DNA of 64,000 bases. Source: Nanobdellota archaeon. GTDB lineage: Archaea > Nanobdellota > Nanobdellia > JAAOXT01. The position numbers and the translations under genes were made by a program. Under the pieces are notes generated by a model that worked only from the letters and a program-made list of their open reading frames with translations, made no database searches and had not been told where the DNA came from. Location of the stretch: assembly GCA_018221045.1 (NCBI GenBank), contig JAAOXT010000017.1, forward strand, positions 6,356 to 70,355. The letters are read 5' to 3'. Each line of letters opens with the position of its first letter. Position 1 is the first letter of the stretch. Shown here one piece after another: positions 1-10,012 of the stretch.

Positions 1-56
1 TTACCTTCTTTATTCAGTTCAACAGCTTTTTTCTGAACCTTGCTAAAATCCATCAT
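1..56 (-). CDS. 5' part of a gene running off the window edge (MMDFSKVQKKAVELNKEG...)
   Basis: ATG at 56 with upstream GAAGGAG SD-like motif; frame open to position 1. Confidence 0.5.
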   Translation of the reverse strand, partial: MMDFSKVQKKAVELNKEG

Positions 57-90
57 AATTTAATTCTCCTTCAATACTTATTTAAAAAAA

Positions 91-573
91 TTACTGCTCT
101 GGCCTCTCACCTTGGTAAAAACCGTTATAAGAATGACCAGATTTCTCGCACTCAAAACCCGCAAGCTGAAACCACGCCTCATCCCTGTGCACGCGAAGCT
201 TAAAAGGCAAGAGCACGCTCTGCGTGAAAAAACCTGTATAACCACTATCGCAAACAGCGCTCTCCACTTTAACGCATCCCAAACGATTAAAAGTTGACCT
301 GGGCTTAACGTACAAAACCACGCCTTCAGGAATGCTTATCTTCACGTCTGAGCGCAATTCATAAAAACCGGGTTCTAGCTCGTAAAAATCGTTCAATGGC
401 TTGATTAATTGTTTGGGTTTTGATAACTCCCTCTTTTTGCCGTGCACGAGTATCTCAGACCCTTCTTGGACTCGCCAGACCTCCGACACGCCGACGTCAA
501 CACCGTTAGGCCCGACCTTTTTCGTCTTGCCTTGAATAATGAATTTAGAAATCGTTTCCCCTGATAAATGCAT
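91..573 (-). CDS. dUTPase/dCTP deaminase family protein (trimeric)
   Basis: PNGVDV, PRSTFNRLG, DSGYTG motifs and C-terminal YNGFYQ. Confidence 0.85.
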   Translation of the reverse strand: MHLSGETISKFIIQGKTKKVGPNGVDVGVSEVWRVQEGSEILVHGKKRELSKPKQLIKPLNDFYELEPGFYELRSDVKISIPEGVVLYVKPRSTFNRLGCVKVESAVCDSGYTGFFTQSVLLPFKLRVHRDEAWFQLAGFECEKSGHSYNGFYQGERPEQ

Positions 574-659
574 GTTCTTCCTTGAAAGTTTTTAGAATTA
601 TTTAACTCTTTTCACATAAAAAGAAGGTTTTTATAAACCAGACAACCAAATTTACTTCA

Positions 660-1796
660 ATGGTTCACGTCCTAGTGCATTATTCCGAGATAGGAATCAA
701 AAAAGGGAATCGCAAGTACTTCGAAAACCTTTTGACAAACAATATTCGGCAAAGACTCGGCGGTCTAGCCAAAAAAGTGTGCAAGGATTACGGGTTCATA
801 CTCGTTGAAACCAGCAAAACAAAAGAAGTGGTGAAAATCCTGGAAAAAGTTCCTGGAATCGCTTACCTCCTGGTCTGCTCCAAATCCAATTTAAGCATGG
901 ACGACATGCGAAAAAAGAGTTCAAAACTCTTGGAAAAAAAAGGTTTTGAAACTTTTAGGGTTAGCGCGAGAAGACAGAACAAGAACTTTGAGAAAACGTC
1001 TATGCAAGTGAACGCGGAGCTCGGAGCGTTCATCGTAAAAAAAACGGGGAAAAAAGTCCAGCTCAAAAAACCTGACGTTGAACTGGTCGTCGAAGTGTGC
1101 AACAAAAACGCTTACCTCTCAATCGAAAGACATGAAGGGATTGGAGGGCTGCCCACAGATCCTAAAAACAAGGTGGTCTCGCTAATGTCAGGTGGTTTTG
1201 ACAGCCCCGTCGCATCGTACTTGATGATGAAGCGCGGAGCTCAAATAATTCTAGTGCACTTCCAGAACTACAAACAAATGAAGGGAAGCGTGGAAGATAA
1301 GATTCACCAACTAGCTAAGCGCTTGTCCAAATACCAAGGTAGAACTTTGCTTTACATCATTCCTTTTGAGAAAATCCAGCAGGACATCATCATGAACGTT
1401 CCAGCGAGCGTGAGAATGCTGGTTTACCGCAGACTCATGCTCAGAATCTCTGGAATCATTGCGGACAAGGAAAAAGCCAAAGCGCTCGTGACAGGGGATA
1501 ACATGTCCCAAGTCTCGTCCCAAACCCTGGAAAACTTGGGAGCAGTGTACCCAGCATCCAAAAAAATCGTTCTCACCCCATTGATGGGTTTTAACAAAAC
1601 AGAAATCATCAATCTTTCCAAGAAAATCGGGACTTACGAAACTTCCAAATTACCGTACGGAGATTGTTGCTCGTACTTCCTGCCCCAGCACCCAGAGCTC
1701 AGGGCCAAGCTGGAAGACTTGGAAAAACTGGAGGAAAAACTGGACAAAAAACTAATCGCTGAAGCAGTCAAGGAAGCCAAGAAACACGTGCTCTAA
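660..1796 (+). CDS. thiI: tRNA 4-thiouridine(8) synthase ThiI (no rhodanese domain)
   Basis: HYSEIGIKKGNR N-terminus, THUMP domain, PP-loop SGGFDS, GDNMSQVSSQTLEN, DCC. Confidence 0.95.
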   Translation: MVHVLVHYSEIGIKKGNRKYFENLLTNNIRQRLGGLAKKVCKDYGFILVETSKTKEVVKILEKVPGIAYLLVCSKSNLSMDDMRKKSSKLLEKKGFETFRVSARRQNKNFEKTSMQVNAELGAFIVKKTGKKVQLKKPDVELVVEVCNKNAYLSIERHEGIGGLPTDPKNKVVSLMSGGFDSPVASYLMMKRGAQIILVHFQNYKQMKGSVEDKIHQLAKRLSKYQGRTLLYIIPFEKIQQDIIMNVPASVRMLVYRRLMLRISGIIADKEKAKALVTGDNMSQVSSQTLENLGAVYPASKKIVLTPLMGFNKTEIINLSKKIGTYETSKLPYGDCCSYFLPQHPELRAKLEDLEKLEEKLDKKLIAEAVKEAKKHVL

Positions 1797-2077
1797 TCTT
1801 TCTCATAAGAAACCATTATCTTATTCACCAGACCTCTGCCCACCCCATACCTAACCCCTCTTACTTCTATTAAGTAAGTGTGGTTGTTGTGACTCAGCAT
1901 TCTAACAGAGGTTCCAGGAATCAATCCTAAATCGCAAAGTCTTTTCTTGTATTCCTGACGGAAAAGACCTTTTCTCTTGCCATGACCCTTGCCCATGCCT
2001 TCTTTTATCTCCCTTATGATTGCCTCTTCTCCTTCAGACAAGTCGCTCAAAGGGAATAAATCATCAATACTGTCCAT
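1793..2077 (-). CDS. feoA: FeoA-domain protein
   Basis: LSDLSEGEEAII...RLCDLGLIPGTSV...IEVRG SH3-like FeoA pattern. Confidence 0.8.
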   Translation of the reverse strand: MDSIDDLFPLSDLSEGEEAIIREIKEGMGKGHGKRKGLFRQEYKKRLCDLGLIPGTSVRMLSHNNHTYLIEVRGVRYGVGRGLVNKIMVSYEKD

Positions 2078-2100
2078 TCTTTTTTCACCTTTTTTTTAAG

Positions 2101-2244
2101 TGCGGGGGACGGGATTCGAACCCGCGAAGACACTAAGTCACAGGGTTTCTTCCAAAACCAGTTTTTCCGTCAACGCTTTTGGAGCGTTAGCGAGAAAAGG
2201 GTTGGTCTTAAGCCCTGCCCCTTTGACCACTTGGGAACCCCCGC
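2101..2244 (-). tRNA. tRNA-Leu(TAA) with 60-nt intron (2147-2206) at position 37/38
   Basis: Acceptor stem GCGGGGG/CCCCCGC-A, anticodon stem CAGGG/CCCTG with CT-TAA-G, long variable arm, GGTTCGAATCC; no encoded CCA. Confidence 0.95.
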
Positions 2245-2321
2245 AATTAATATAATGAAGTGTATTGGTAAGAAAGGGTTTAAAAAAGTATTTGCTCATT
2301 CCAAGGCAAAAGGATTATTGT

Positions 2322-2810
2322 TTAAACCCAATCATAAGCGTCTTTAGACATAATCTCATTGATTAAGTAATGGTGAACTGTTTTATTTGAACTTGGCGGT
2401 TTCTCTGATGTTTTGACGCCCAGGTCATTAAGGGTTACGTGAAGAACTTCGTGCTCAAGGCCCATAACAAGAATGGAAAGAACTGCTCTTTTAAGAGTTT
2501 CTTCTCTCAAAGTTTTCACTTCTTCTTCTGAAAGATCTGAAAGCAAACCTTCCTTTCCTTTAAAACAAGTTTTAACCATTTTTCTGCTCTCTTCATAAAC
2601 CCTTGGCATGCTCATAATTGCTTGCTTAAAATAAACATCTGCAAATCCGCAACCCCTACCGCTTTTTATAAGTCCATCAAACAAGCCTTTTTCAAAATAA
2701 GAAAAATCCCGAAAACACTTGGAAGTGTATTCTGCGAGCGCATTTATTCTAAGATTATCCATTCTCTTAATGAAGTATTCATCTGGATGAATAAGCAAAT
2801 CTGTTTCCAC
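2322..2810 (-). CDS. hypothetical protein with HExxH motif (possible zincin-like)
   Basis: 162-aa ORF with LEHEVLH; TATA-like element upstream. Confidence 0.55.
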   Translation of the reverse strand: METDLLIHPDEYFIKRMDNLRINALAEYTSKCFRDFSYFEKGLFDGLIKSGRGCGFADVYFKQAIMSMPRVYEESRKMVKTCFKGKEGLLSDLSEEEVKTLREETLKRAVLSILVMGLEHEVLHVTLNDLGVKTSEKPPSSNKTVHHYLINEIMSKDAYDWV

Positions 2811-2842
2811 AACAATAACTGACTTGGAAAGGGTTTAAAAAA

Positions 2843-3346
2843 TTATTTGTTAATAGTCCACTTTTTAAATTCCTTAAGACTTAAACTCATCAATGCCTTG
2901 GCGTCATCCCATTTAACAAACTTTGGAAACTCTTCTGGACTCACAAACTTTCTTTCGAACAAAACACGAGTCGCTGGGTCGACACGCACATCCTTAACCC
3001 CTGATATCAGGCAGGCAAACCTTGCCTGGTAATAATGTTTTCCTTCATTCTTGTTCGGATTACCTGGAAAAAATATTTCAGAAAAACCTAACAAAGAAGC
3101 TTTTGAAAGCTTAACACTCGCTTCCTCCCAAACTTCTCTCCTAACAACCTGTTCTAACTCCTCATTTTCTTCAGGGTGCCCGCCGGGCAAATGCCACTTC
3201 CCATCAGCCCCCCTTACTATGAGGATTTTTCCTTTAGAGGTGAAACAAATGCTGGAAACCTGGGTTATCGGGCCATCATTTCTTCGTTCTTTTACCCATA
3301 GCACGGTTATCTTTTTACCTTTCCACTCTCTAACAAACTTTTCCAT
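2843..3346 (-). CDS. NUDIX hydrolase
   Basis: Nudix box PGGHPEENEELEQVVRREVWEEAS. Confidence 0.9.
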   Translation of the reverse strand: MEKFVREWKGKKITVLWVKERRNDGPITQVSSICFTSKGKILIVRGADGKWHLPGGHPEENEELEQVVRREVWEEASVKLSKASLLGFSEIFFPGNPNKNEGKHYYQARFACLISGVKDVRVDPATRVLFERKFVSPEEFPKFVKWDDAKALMSLSLKEFKKWTINK

Positions 3347-3386
3347 TCTACCCTCTATTAATAGGATTATCTAAACTAATTAATCT

Positions 3387-4325
3387 TCACGTCAACGAAA
3401 CCAAAGCGTCCAAGCTGGCCCTGCCGCAAGCCTCAACGCTCGCCACGTACTGCTCCCCCGTAACAGCTTGACCCGTGACCCTGTTAGCGAGAACAGAGCA
3501 AACGCTTCCAGCCCTATAACCAAGAATCCTTGACAACCTAAATAATAAACTCGTCTCCATCTCCATGTTAGCGACAGGAAGATCATCAAACTCGAAAACA
3601 CCCAAATCACTAATCATGTTAGGATTGCTTATTTTTGACAGTCCTCCAACCATTCTTCCTTGTCCAGCGTAAAAATCCTGCGTGGAAACAGTTATCCCCA
3701 ACTCTACAGGAAAGCTTCCAACAGATTCCATCAACGCTTCAGCAACCACTGGAGAACTCCTCGAAACGTACTCCACTTCCTTCAATTCTTGCTTGACCTT
3801 AAAGAATAACTCGGACAATTCTTCATCGTATTCGTAACGCTCGCCATCCAAAGAAAACTCCAAATCACCTTTATTCTTAAATAAGTATTTTATTGCCGTG
3901 TTGTCCATGCCAATAGCGTAATCAGACACCACGAGGCTAGGAACTTTGATGCTAGGATTTGGGGAACCAGAAGTTCCAGCCCGAATAATAGTCAATGGCT
4001 CTTCCCCAACCCATTTCTCAGATTCAAAGTCATAATCATTCAGAACGTGCAATTCCATCAACGCGATTGTCGTGTTATCCACCCCAATTCCCGTGCTAAG
4101 CAAGCCGACACCAACATCCTTGTAAAGACCTACTGCAACGTTGAACTCCCTATTACTCTTCTCTAAAAGAACATCGTCAAACATTTGTGAAAAAGTTTCA
4201 ACCCTGCCGGGATCCCCGACCAGAACCCAGTTCTGCGGCAAAGGGTCGTCAAAACTCAGTGGCACGTGATAAGTGCTCTTGCCAAGTAATGGAACTTCTA
4301 CGCCAGAAATGTCATCCTTAACCAT
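3387..4325 (-). CDS. nucleoside phosphorylase (PNP/UDP family, uridine phosphorylase-like)
   Basis: VGDPGRV, SNREF, STGIG, IIRAGTSG, DFYAGQGR, NMEMET. Confidence 0.9.
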   Translation of the reverse strand: MVKDDISGVEVPLLGKSTYHVPLSFDDPLPQNWVLVGDPGRVETFSQMFDDVLLEKSNREFNVAVGLYKDVGVGLLSTGIGVDNTTIALMELHVLNDYDFESEKWVGEEPLTIIRAGTSGSPNPSIKVPSLVVSDYAIGMDNTAIKYLFKNKGDLEFSLDGERYEYDEELSELFFKVKQELKEVEYVSRSSPVVAEALMESVGSFPVELGITVSTQDFYAGQGRMVGGLSKISNPNMISDLGVFEFDDLPVANMEMETSLLFRLSRILGYRAGSVCSVLANRVTGQAVTGEQYVASVEACGRASLDALVSLT

Positions 4326-4369
4326 TATTAAAAAAAAATAGAAAAGGTTAATTTAAAAAAATAGTTGTT

Positions 4370-5110
4370 TTACACGAGCTCTATTTCGAAAGCTTCGCAG
4401 TCGAACATCCATTCTTTATTTATGTACCCTGGAAAACCTCTTAAAACGCGCACCCCTTTGTCCACTCTTCTGACGCCTGGAAACGTTCTTTTCAACGTCT
4501 CTTTCTTTAATGCTTTTTCAAAACTAGGGTAGTGCTTAGTTCGAATAACACTTGCTTTCAAGTCTCGAGAACAGTCTTCAACCCAGCTTCCTTCAGCGTC
4601 CTGCACTAATGGCAAGAACCTAAGCGTGTCTCCAGGCTTAACCATTCCATAAAACCGTCCAGACCTTACGTCAACAGTCTTATCGCCGTCAGCTATCTTA
4701 CTGAAATAAGGTTCCATTGTCATCATTGGCCACTCATTCTTGACCATTCTTATCCCGCTAATCCTGTTCTCCTGGATTTCAAAAGGCGTGTAAATTTCAC
4801 TGTAAATCTCTTCAAGCTCTTCGTTAGTCTCGCAAGTGGGGCAAATGCTTTTCAATCCTTCGAGATAAATCATTTTGTCCAATGAATCGTATCGACCAAT
4901 TCCTCGAACACTTCTCATAAATTTCTGTGAAGGGCTGCTTACGTTACTGAATCTCATGACATCCCCTTCCTTTATCTCTGTTCTCGGGTCGTCAGGATTC
5001 CAAACCCTTCCATCAACTGATTTATCAAAAGATAGTATTTCGTCGAAACCTTTCTGAATTATACCCAGGTCATACATTGTCCATTTAGGATATGTTCCTA
5101 CTTCTACCAT
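4370..5110 (-). CDS. tandem ASCH/PUA-like domain protein
   Basis: Two repeats: DKSVDGR..IKEGD..RYDSL..EGL and GDKTVDVR..VKPGD..HYPSF..ETL. Confidence 0.75.
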   Translation of the reverse strand: MVEVGTYPKWTMYDLGIIQKGFDEILSFDKSVDGRVWNPDDPRTEIKEGDVMRFSNVSSPSQKFMRSVRGIGRYDSLDKMIYLEGLKSICPTCETNEELEEIYSEIYTPFEIQENRISGIRMVKNEWPMMTMEPYFSKIADGDKTVDVRSGRFYGMVKPGDTLRFLPLVQDAEGSWVEDCSRDLKASVIRTKHYPSFEKALKKETLKRTFPGVRRVDKGVRVLRGFPGYINKEWMFDCEAFEIELV

Positions 5111-5214
5111 GCCGAGTTTATGGTTCGTGAAATGTTAAAAGTTTATTTGTATTGCAGTGATTAAGAATTTTGCATGGTAAACAATATAAATCATGTAACT
5201 ATTTCTAGTGAAAG

Positions 5215-6345
5215 ATGAATAAACAGCTTCCGGAAATGAAGGTTGAATTGTTAGGTTACTCGATGATGGGTTTGGCGGGGCCTGATGAGATAATCGCGAC
5301 AATCAAACAATTGGAAACTAATGACAGACTTGAAACAATTGACTCCGAATTAGTCAAAGGATTAGTGGATGGTATTGAGTCAAGGGATAAGATTCTTGAC
5401 GGCGTCGCGTTCACTTTCGGGATTGAAAACATTAGCCGAGTCTCTGAAATTCATGAAATCAGGCATCGCACGGCTTCTTATTCCATTCAATCAGGCAGGT
5501 ACGTGGACAGGACGGGCAAAGTCGGGGTCATGCCCGACACCATTAAAAACGATGATGAAGCGCAGAAACTTGTTGAAGAAGCGGAAACAGACTCTTTATA
5601 CTCCAAACTATTGAAATTAGGTATTCCAGAGCAGGACGCGCGATATTACTCCTTCCAAAACACGCCAACATACATTGTTCAGACCATGACTGCGCGCTCA
5701 CTATTACACTTCTTCAAGGAAAGACTTTGCAACAAAGCCCAAGACGAGATTCACGGATTAGCTCTCAAAAAACTTGACCTGGCGAGTCAAGTCGCGCCGT
5801 TGCTGATGAGCAAAGCAGGTCCTCACTGCAAGGGTAAAGGTTGCAGGCAAAGAAAATCTTGCGAACCGGAAAAAAGAGAAGAATTGTTTAGAACTATTGA
5901 CCAATATTTCGAGCCTGAAATCAAGCCAAAAGTTTTCAGGGTTCCTGAAGGCCCTTTACTGGCTTACACTCGCTTAACAGCTGACTTTTTAGCCAGTCCT
6001 GAAGTGTTATGCGCTGCCGCCGGCAAAGGATGTTATTCTTCAAAACCTGCCGGAGAGATAATCCAGGATTACTTGGGTGGCGAGCCGTACAAAAAAACTT
6101 TGAAAACAATTGTCGTGTCTGGTCATGAAAGTGTTATCGAACACGCACACTTCGCTTTCGAGATTGATGTGGAAGAATTCTTGGATAACCCTCCCTGGAT
6201 TCACTCTTATGACAAAAAAGCAGGGGTTGTTTTCTTGAACGCTAGGAGCGTTAACGAGTACTTAGAATCTAACCCTGGAAAACGCACGAGTCAAATCATT
6301 GAAAGAGAAGTGAAGAGAATTGCTCCAAGACTTCTTAGAAAGTGA
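5215..6345 (+). CDS. thyX: FAD-dependent thymidylate synthase with a second, partial ThyX domain
   Basis: ISR...RHRTASYSIQSGRYV, EQDARY, AQDEI; C-terminal CYSS...GHESVIEH. Confidence 0.9.
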   Translation: MNKQLPEMKVELLGYSMMGLAGPDEIIATIKQLETNDRLETIDSELVKGLVDGIESRDKILDGVAFTFGIENISRVSEIHEIRHRTASYSIQSGRYVDRTGKVGVMPDTIKNDDEAQKLVEEAETDSLYSKLLKLGIPEQDARYYSFQNTPTYIVQTMTARSLLHFFKERLCNKAQDEIHGLALKKLDLASQVAPLLMSKAGPHCKGKGCRQRKSCEPEKREELFRTIDQYFEPEIKPKVFRVPEGPLLAYTRLTADFLASPEVLCAAAGKGCYSSKPAGEIIQDYLGGEPYKKTLKTIVVSGHESVIEHAHFAFEIDVEEFLDNPPWIHSYDKKAGVVFLNARSVNEYLESNPGKRTSQIIEREVKRIAPRLLRK

Positions 6346-6982
6346 TTAAGTGATCGTAGTTTTTTTGGATGATTGCTTGTTTTATTTCAATTGCCGGCTC
6401 GTCCGCCATTAGCACTTTTACCAAGTCGCTTTTGTCAATTTTGGATTTTATTTTTTCTTTTTCAATAATCTTGAATCCGACGCCGAACTCTTTTGAGTAG
6501 TCCCTAATCTCGTTGGATACCGTGCCTAAAACAGTGTGTTCTTGTCCGAGCAGTGTTATTTCATGACGGGCTTGAAGTATTTCTTCTGGTTCAAGATTTG
6601 ATGCAGTGAAATAGCGAATGCCTTCAACACTGAAGTTGGGATTACTGAAAATCATTTCGTTAAATAGTTTGATTAAAAGTTTTTGAGCGGAGAACAGGGA
6701 AGGGTTTGTGTAAAACATTTCTGCTTCGAGAACGCTTTCGACTTTGCAGTCGAAGAACGTGAATGATGCTCTGTCTTCAACTCTTATTTTATCTCTTTCT
6801 CCTTCAATTTTTTGGAATTCTATTTTTGGCCGGTTGTGAGTCGTGTAGGGAAAATTGTTTACGAGTCTGTTCCTAAAATCAAACAATCTTTTCGCGTATT
6901 CTTCTGACCCAGGATATTTTCTCAAGTCAAATCTTTCTGGCAAGTAGGAACCTTGTTCGAGTCGAGCGAATACTAACCTCAT
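6335..6982 (-). CDS. hypothetical protein
   Basis: 215-aa ORF, ATG start, upstream TATA-like element. Confidence 0.6.
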   Translation of the reverse strand: MRLVFARLEQGSYLPERFDLRKYPGSEEYAKRLFDFRNRLVNNFPYTTHNRPKIEFQKIEGERDKIRVEDRASFTFFDCKVESVLEAEMFYTNPSLFSAQKLLIKLFNEMIFSNPNFSVEGIRYFTASNLEPEEILQARHEITLLGQEHTVLGTVSNEIRDYSKEFGVGFKIIEKEKIKSKIDKSDLVKVLMADEPAIEIKQAIIQKNYDHLITF

Positions 6983-7028
6983 TAAACAACTCGTTGCAGT
7001 CTTTTCTTTAAAGAATTTTCGATTTTTT

Positions 7029-7325
7029 TTATCCGAAGTAGTCTCTGAAAGTGCTTCTCAACTTCTTTTTGGGTTTAACTTGTTTTGGCATGAGGTCTTT
7101 CTTAACCGCGTTTAATTCTTTGCCAATTTTTTTCTCAAGCTTTTCTTTGTAATACTTGTTCCCTACGGTCGTGAAACCCTCTTCTGTTAGGAATAATATT
7201 TTTATTCCTCGCATTCTTAGATCTGAAACAATTTTTCTCATGTCATGGGCGTCAAGAACTCTCATGAACTCTTGCATCAAGTCAACTTTTTTCGCGCTTT
7301 TTCTCCGAAGTTTTAGCATGATCAA
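7029..7325 (-). CDS. small basic hypothetical protein
   Basis: 98-aa Lys-rich ORF; TTTTAAA box upstream. Confidence 0.55.
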   Translation of the reverse strand: MIMLKLRRKSAKKVDLMQEFMRVLDAHDMRKIVSDLRMRGIKILFLTEEGFTTVGNKYYKEKLEKKIGKELNAVKKDLMPKQVKPKKKLRSTFRDYFG

Positions 7326-7361
7326 TTACTCTTTGGGTAAAAAGGGTTTAAAAACTTTTGT

Positions 7362-8561
7362 TTAAAAAAGACCTGTTTCGCGCTTCCAATCTTTCAATAA
7401 TGACAGGGCGACCAAGAAAAGAATTGCGGAACAACCAGTGATCACGAATTCTTTACCAAACATGGTTATGAGCATTCCTCCGAACAATGGTCCGAGTATC
7501 ATGCCAAAATCTTTCACGGTTTCGGTTATGCCTGCAAAACCTCCTGACTCCCCTGGGAGTTGCATGTCGTCAACCACTGCGTCAATGGTTGGTGAAAGGA
7601 ATGAGAAGCCTGTGTAGATCACGAAGACGGATAAGAAAAGGGGTGTGAACCCGCTGGACGTCGTTAATAATAAAAGTCCTAGAATCGATATTGTGAGGCC
7701 TGCTACAAGAGTTTTTCCCCTGCCATATTTATCCGCCAAAATCCCTACGGGTAAAGGGAATATAACGAATGACACGTTTATGCCTATACCTATAATGAAA
7801 CCAATATCTAAAATGCTTAAACCATTTTCTTGCAAGAAGATAGGTATAAAAGATCCTATGAATGAGGATACTGAAAAAAAAATGATTGTCACTAAAACAA
7901 GGGTTGACGCTTTTTTACCGAAACTCTTGAAGTCATGCAAAGATTTTTTCAAGAGGTCAAGTATTTTGCCGTCACGCTTCTCCAAACCTTCTATTCTTGA
8001 GAAATGGATTATTAGGAATGCTATGAAACAATTCGTTGCCAGAAGGTAGAATACTGCTTCCCAAGAGTAAAAAGTGATTAAAATTCCTCCCAGCACTGGC
8101 CCGATTAAAGAAGCAATGCTTATGAAAGAACTGAAAAATCCGATGTTGGTTTCTTCCACGCCTTTCGGCGTGACCTCTCGAATCATTGCCCAAGTGCTCA
8201 CCCATAAAAGCGAGCCTACAAAGGCGTGGGCTATGCGTAAAGGCACTATTGTTGAAATCCCTGTAACTAATGTGTACGCAAAAGTTACTAGCACGTAAAG
8301 CAGAAGCGCTATTTCCAGAATCTTTTTTTTATTATACTTGTCGCAGACCACTCCGATTGGCGTGTCAATAATGAACCTTATTATGCCCCATAACGCGATT
8401 ATCAGGCCGAACATTGAATAAGAGCCAGCCCATTCTTTGAGTTTGATTGAATAGATTGGTGAAACAAAACCCCATCCTAAATAGAATACGAAGAACGCGA
8501 GCGAGAAAGGCATCACGTTCTTAACTCTTCTAAACTTATCTTGGAGGTTGAAAAAAGGCAT
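7362..8561 (-). CDS. MFS transporter
   Basis: About 12 hydrophobic segments; motif A twice (GVVCDKYNKK, GILADKYGRG); start trimmed to ATG 8561 to avoid overlap with the divergent gene. Confidence 0.9.
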   Translation of the reverse strand: MPFFNLQDKFRRVKNVMPFSLAFFVFYLGWGFVSPIYSIKLKEWAGSYSMFGLIIALWGIIRFIIDTPIGVVCDKYNKKKILEIALLLYVLVTFAYTLVTGISTIVPLRIAHAFVGSLLWVSTWAMIREVTPKGVEETNIGFFSSFISIASLIGPVLGGILITFYSWEAVFYLLATNCFIAFLIIHFSRIEGLEKRDGKILDLLKKSLHDFKSFGKKASTLVLVTIIFFSVSSFIGSFIPIFLQENGLSILDIGFIIGIGINVSFVIFPLPVGILADKYGRGKTLVAGLTISILGLLLLTTSSGFTPLFLSVFVIYTGFSFLSPTIDAVVDDMQLPGESGGFAGITETVKDFGMILGPLFGGMLITMFGKEFVITGCSAILFLVALSLLKDWKRETGLF

Positions 8562-8613
8562 TAAGTTAAGAATAAAGTTTTTATAAGTTTTAAAAGTTAT
8601 ATATTGAGAGCAA

Positions 8614-9018
8614 ATGTTACACGAACTCTCATTCACCACGAACAATAAGATAGAACTAATGGATATCACTCATGAAATTGAAGAGTTCGTAAAAGAATCA
8701 GGTGTTGAAGAAGGACGATTACTCATCTTTGTTCCTCACGCTACCGCTGCAGTAATCGTGAACGAGCACGAGTCCGGACTGCTCAATGACTACGTGAAAT
8801 GGCTGAAAAAAACTTTTTACACTGGGGGCTGGGAGCACGACTTGATTGATAATAACGCTGCAGCCCATCTCGCGAGCGCGTTCATCGGTTGCTCAAGAAC
8901 CCTGCCCGTGCGCGAAGCACGAATCGTGAGAGGGACTTGGCAGAACATTTTCTTAGTTGAATTGGACGGTCCAAGAAAGAATAGAAAAGTAGTCCTGCAA
9001 ACGATTAAAAAAGTTTAA
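8614..9018 (+). CDS. yjbQ: YjbQ/UPF0047 family protein
   Basis: PHATAA, HD..DNNAAAHL, GTWQNIFLVELDGPR. Confidence 0.92.
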   Translation: MLHELSFTTNNKIELMDITHEIEEFVKESGVEEGRLLIFVPHATAAVIVNEHESGLLNDYVKWLKKTFYTGGWEHDLIDNNAAAHLASAFIGCSRTLPVREARIVRGTWQNIFLVELDGPRKNRKVVLQTIKKV

Positions 9019-9151
9019 TACACCCTCAACTCACCAGAGTTTTTTCACTATATGGAAACAATCCTCAGAATAACCGCTGTCCACAAACTTCGGAGAATTC
9101 AACCCACCCAAAAAGATAATTATTATTAATCCATACTTTCTTTTTTTATTA

Positions 9152-9985
9152 GTGATTTTCAACGCGCACACCCATTACATCCTTCCAGGCAATTCGTGCT
9201 GGATTAGTGATTATAGAAAGATTACTCACGGGTTTTGGAAGCAACAACTAATAGATAATGGCGTGGTTGGCGCGTTAGCAATGTATTGTCCGCCAACATT
9301 GCCTTTCCCTAAAACCAATTTATTCGAAGAAAACAAAGAGATATGGAAGGCGTTAAAAAAAGATGATAGCCTAATTTGGGTTCCTTTTGCAATGCTCAGC
9401 CCTTCACAAAACACTCCTGAACAGTTAAAGAGCTTGGTCAAAAATCATGGTTTCAAAGGGTTAAAGCTCATATCCGTTTTTGATAATAAAGCGTACGACC
9501 CGGAGAGAGATGGAGGTTTATTGATGATGGCCAAAGAACTTAAGATTCCTACAATGATTCACTCAGGGTGGAGGGAGGTCGCGGGTTTGGAAAAAATCAA
9601 AAAGAACATCGAGGCTTTCCCAGATCAGACTTACGTTATCGCGCACATGCGCCCTAACGAGAAAGGATGTCCTAAATCCCATTTATTCTTGTTAAAAGAT
9701 TTTATGGAACGAGGTATAAAAGTTTTCGGCGAGTTGAGTTATGTTGACCATCCGAATCGAGTGTTTGACGCCGTCCAAATGAGTCTTGAAAACAGGTTAT
9801 TATGGGGTGATGACTTGCCTTGGGGCGGGGCTAACACTTACACCAATTTAGCGAAAGTTGTTTGTGCACCAATAAATCAAGAGTCCAAGAATAAAATTCT
9901 TTACGAGAACGCTGTAAAACTTTTTAAGCTTGAGAAAGTCCTCTCCAGGAACAGAATACTTGGCGAACAAGAAAGAAATAAATAA
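9152..9985 (+). CDS. amidohydrolase superfamily protein (Amidohydro_2-like)
   Basis: N-terminal AHTH, GFKGLKL, IHSG, IAHM, LLWGDDLPW, ILYENA. Confidence 0.8.
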   Translation: MIFNAHTHYILPGNSCWISDYRKITHGFWKQQLIDNGVVGALAMYCPPTLPFPKTNLFEENKEIWKALKKDDSLIWVPFAMLSPSQNTPEQLKSLVKNHGFKGLKLISVFDNKAYDPERDGGLLMMAKELKIPTMIHSGWREVAGLEKIKKNIEAFPDQTYVIAHMRPNEKGCPKSHLFLLKDFMERGIKVFGELSYVDHPNRVFDAVQMSLENRLLWGDDLPWGGANTYTNLAKVVCAPINQESKNKILYENAVKLFKLEKVLSRNRILGEQERNK

Positions 9986-10012
9986 TGCGTCTCAATTATT
10001 ATTAATGATTAA

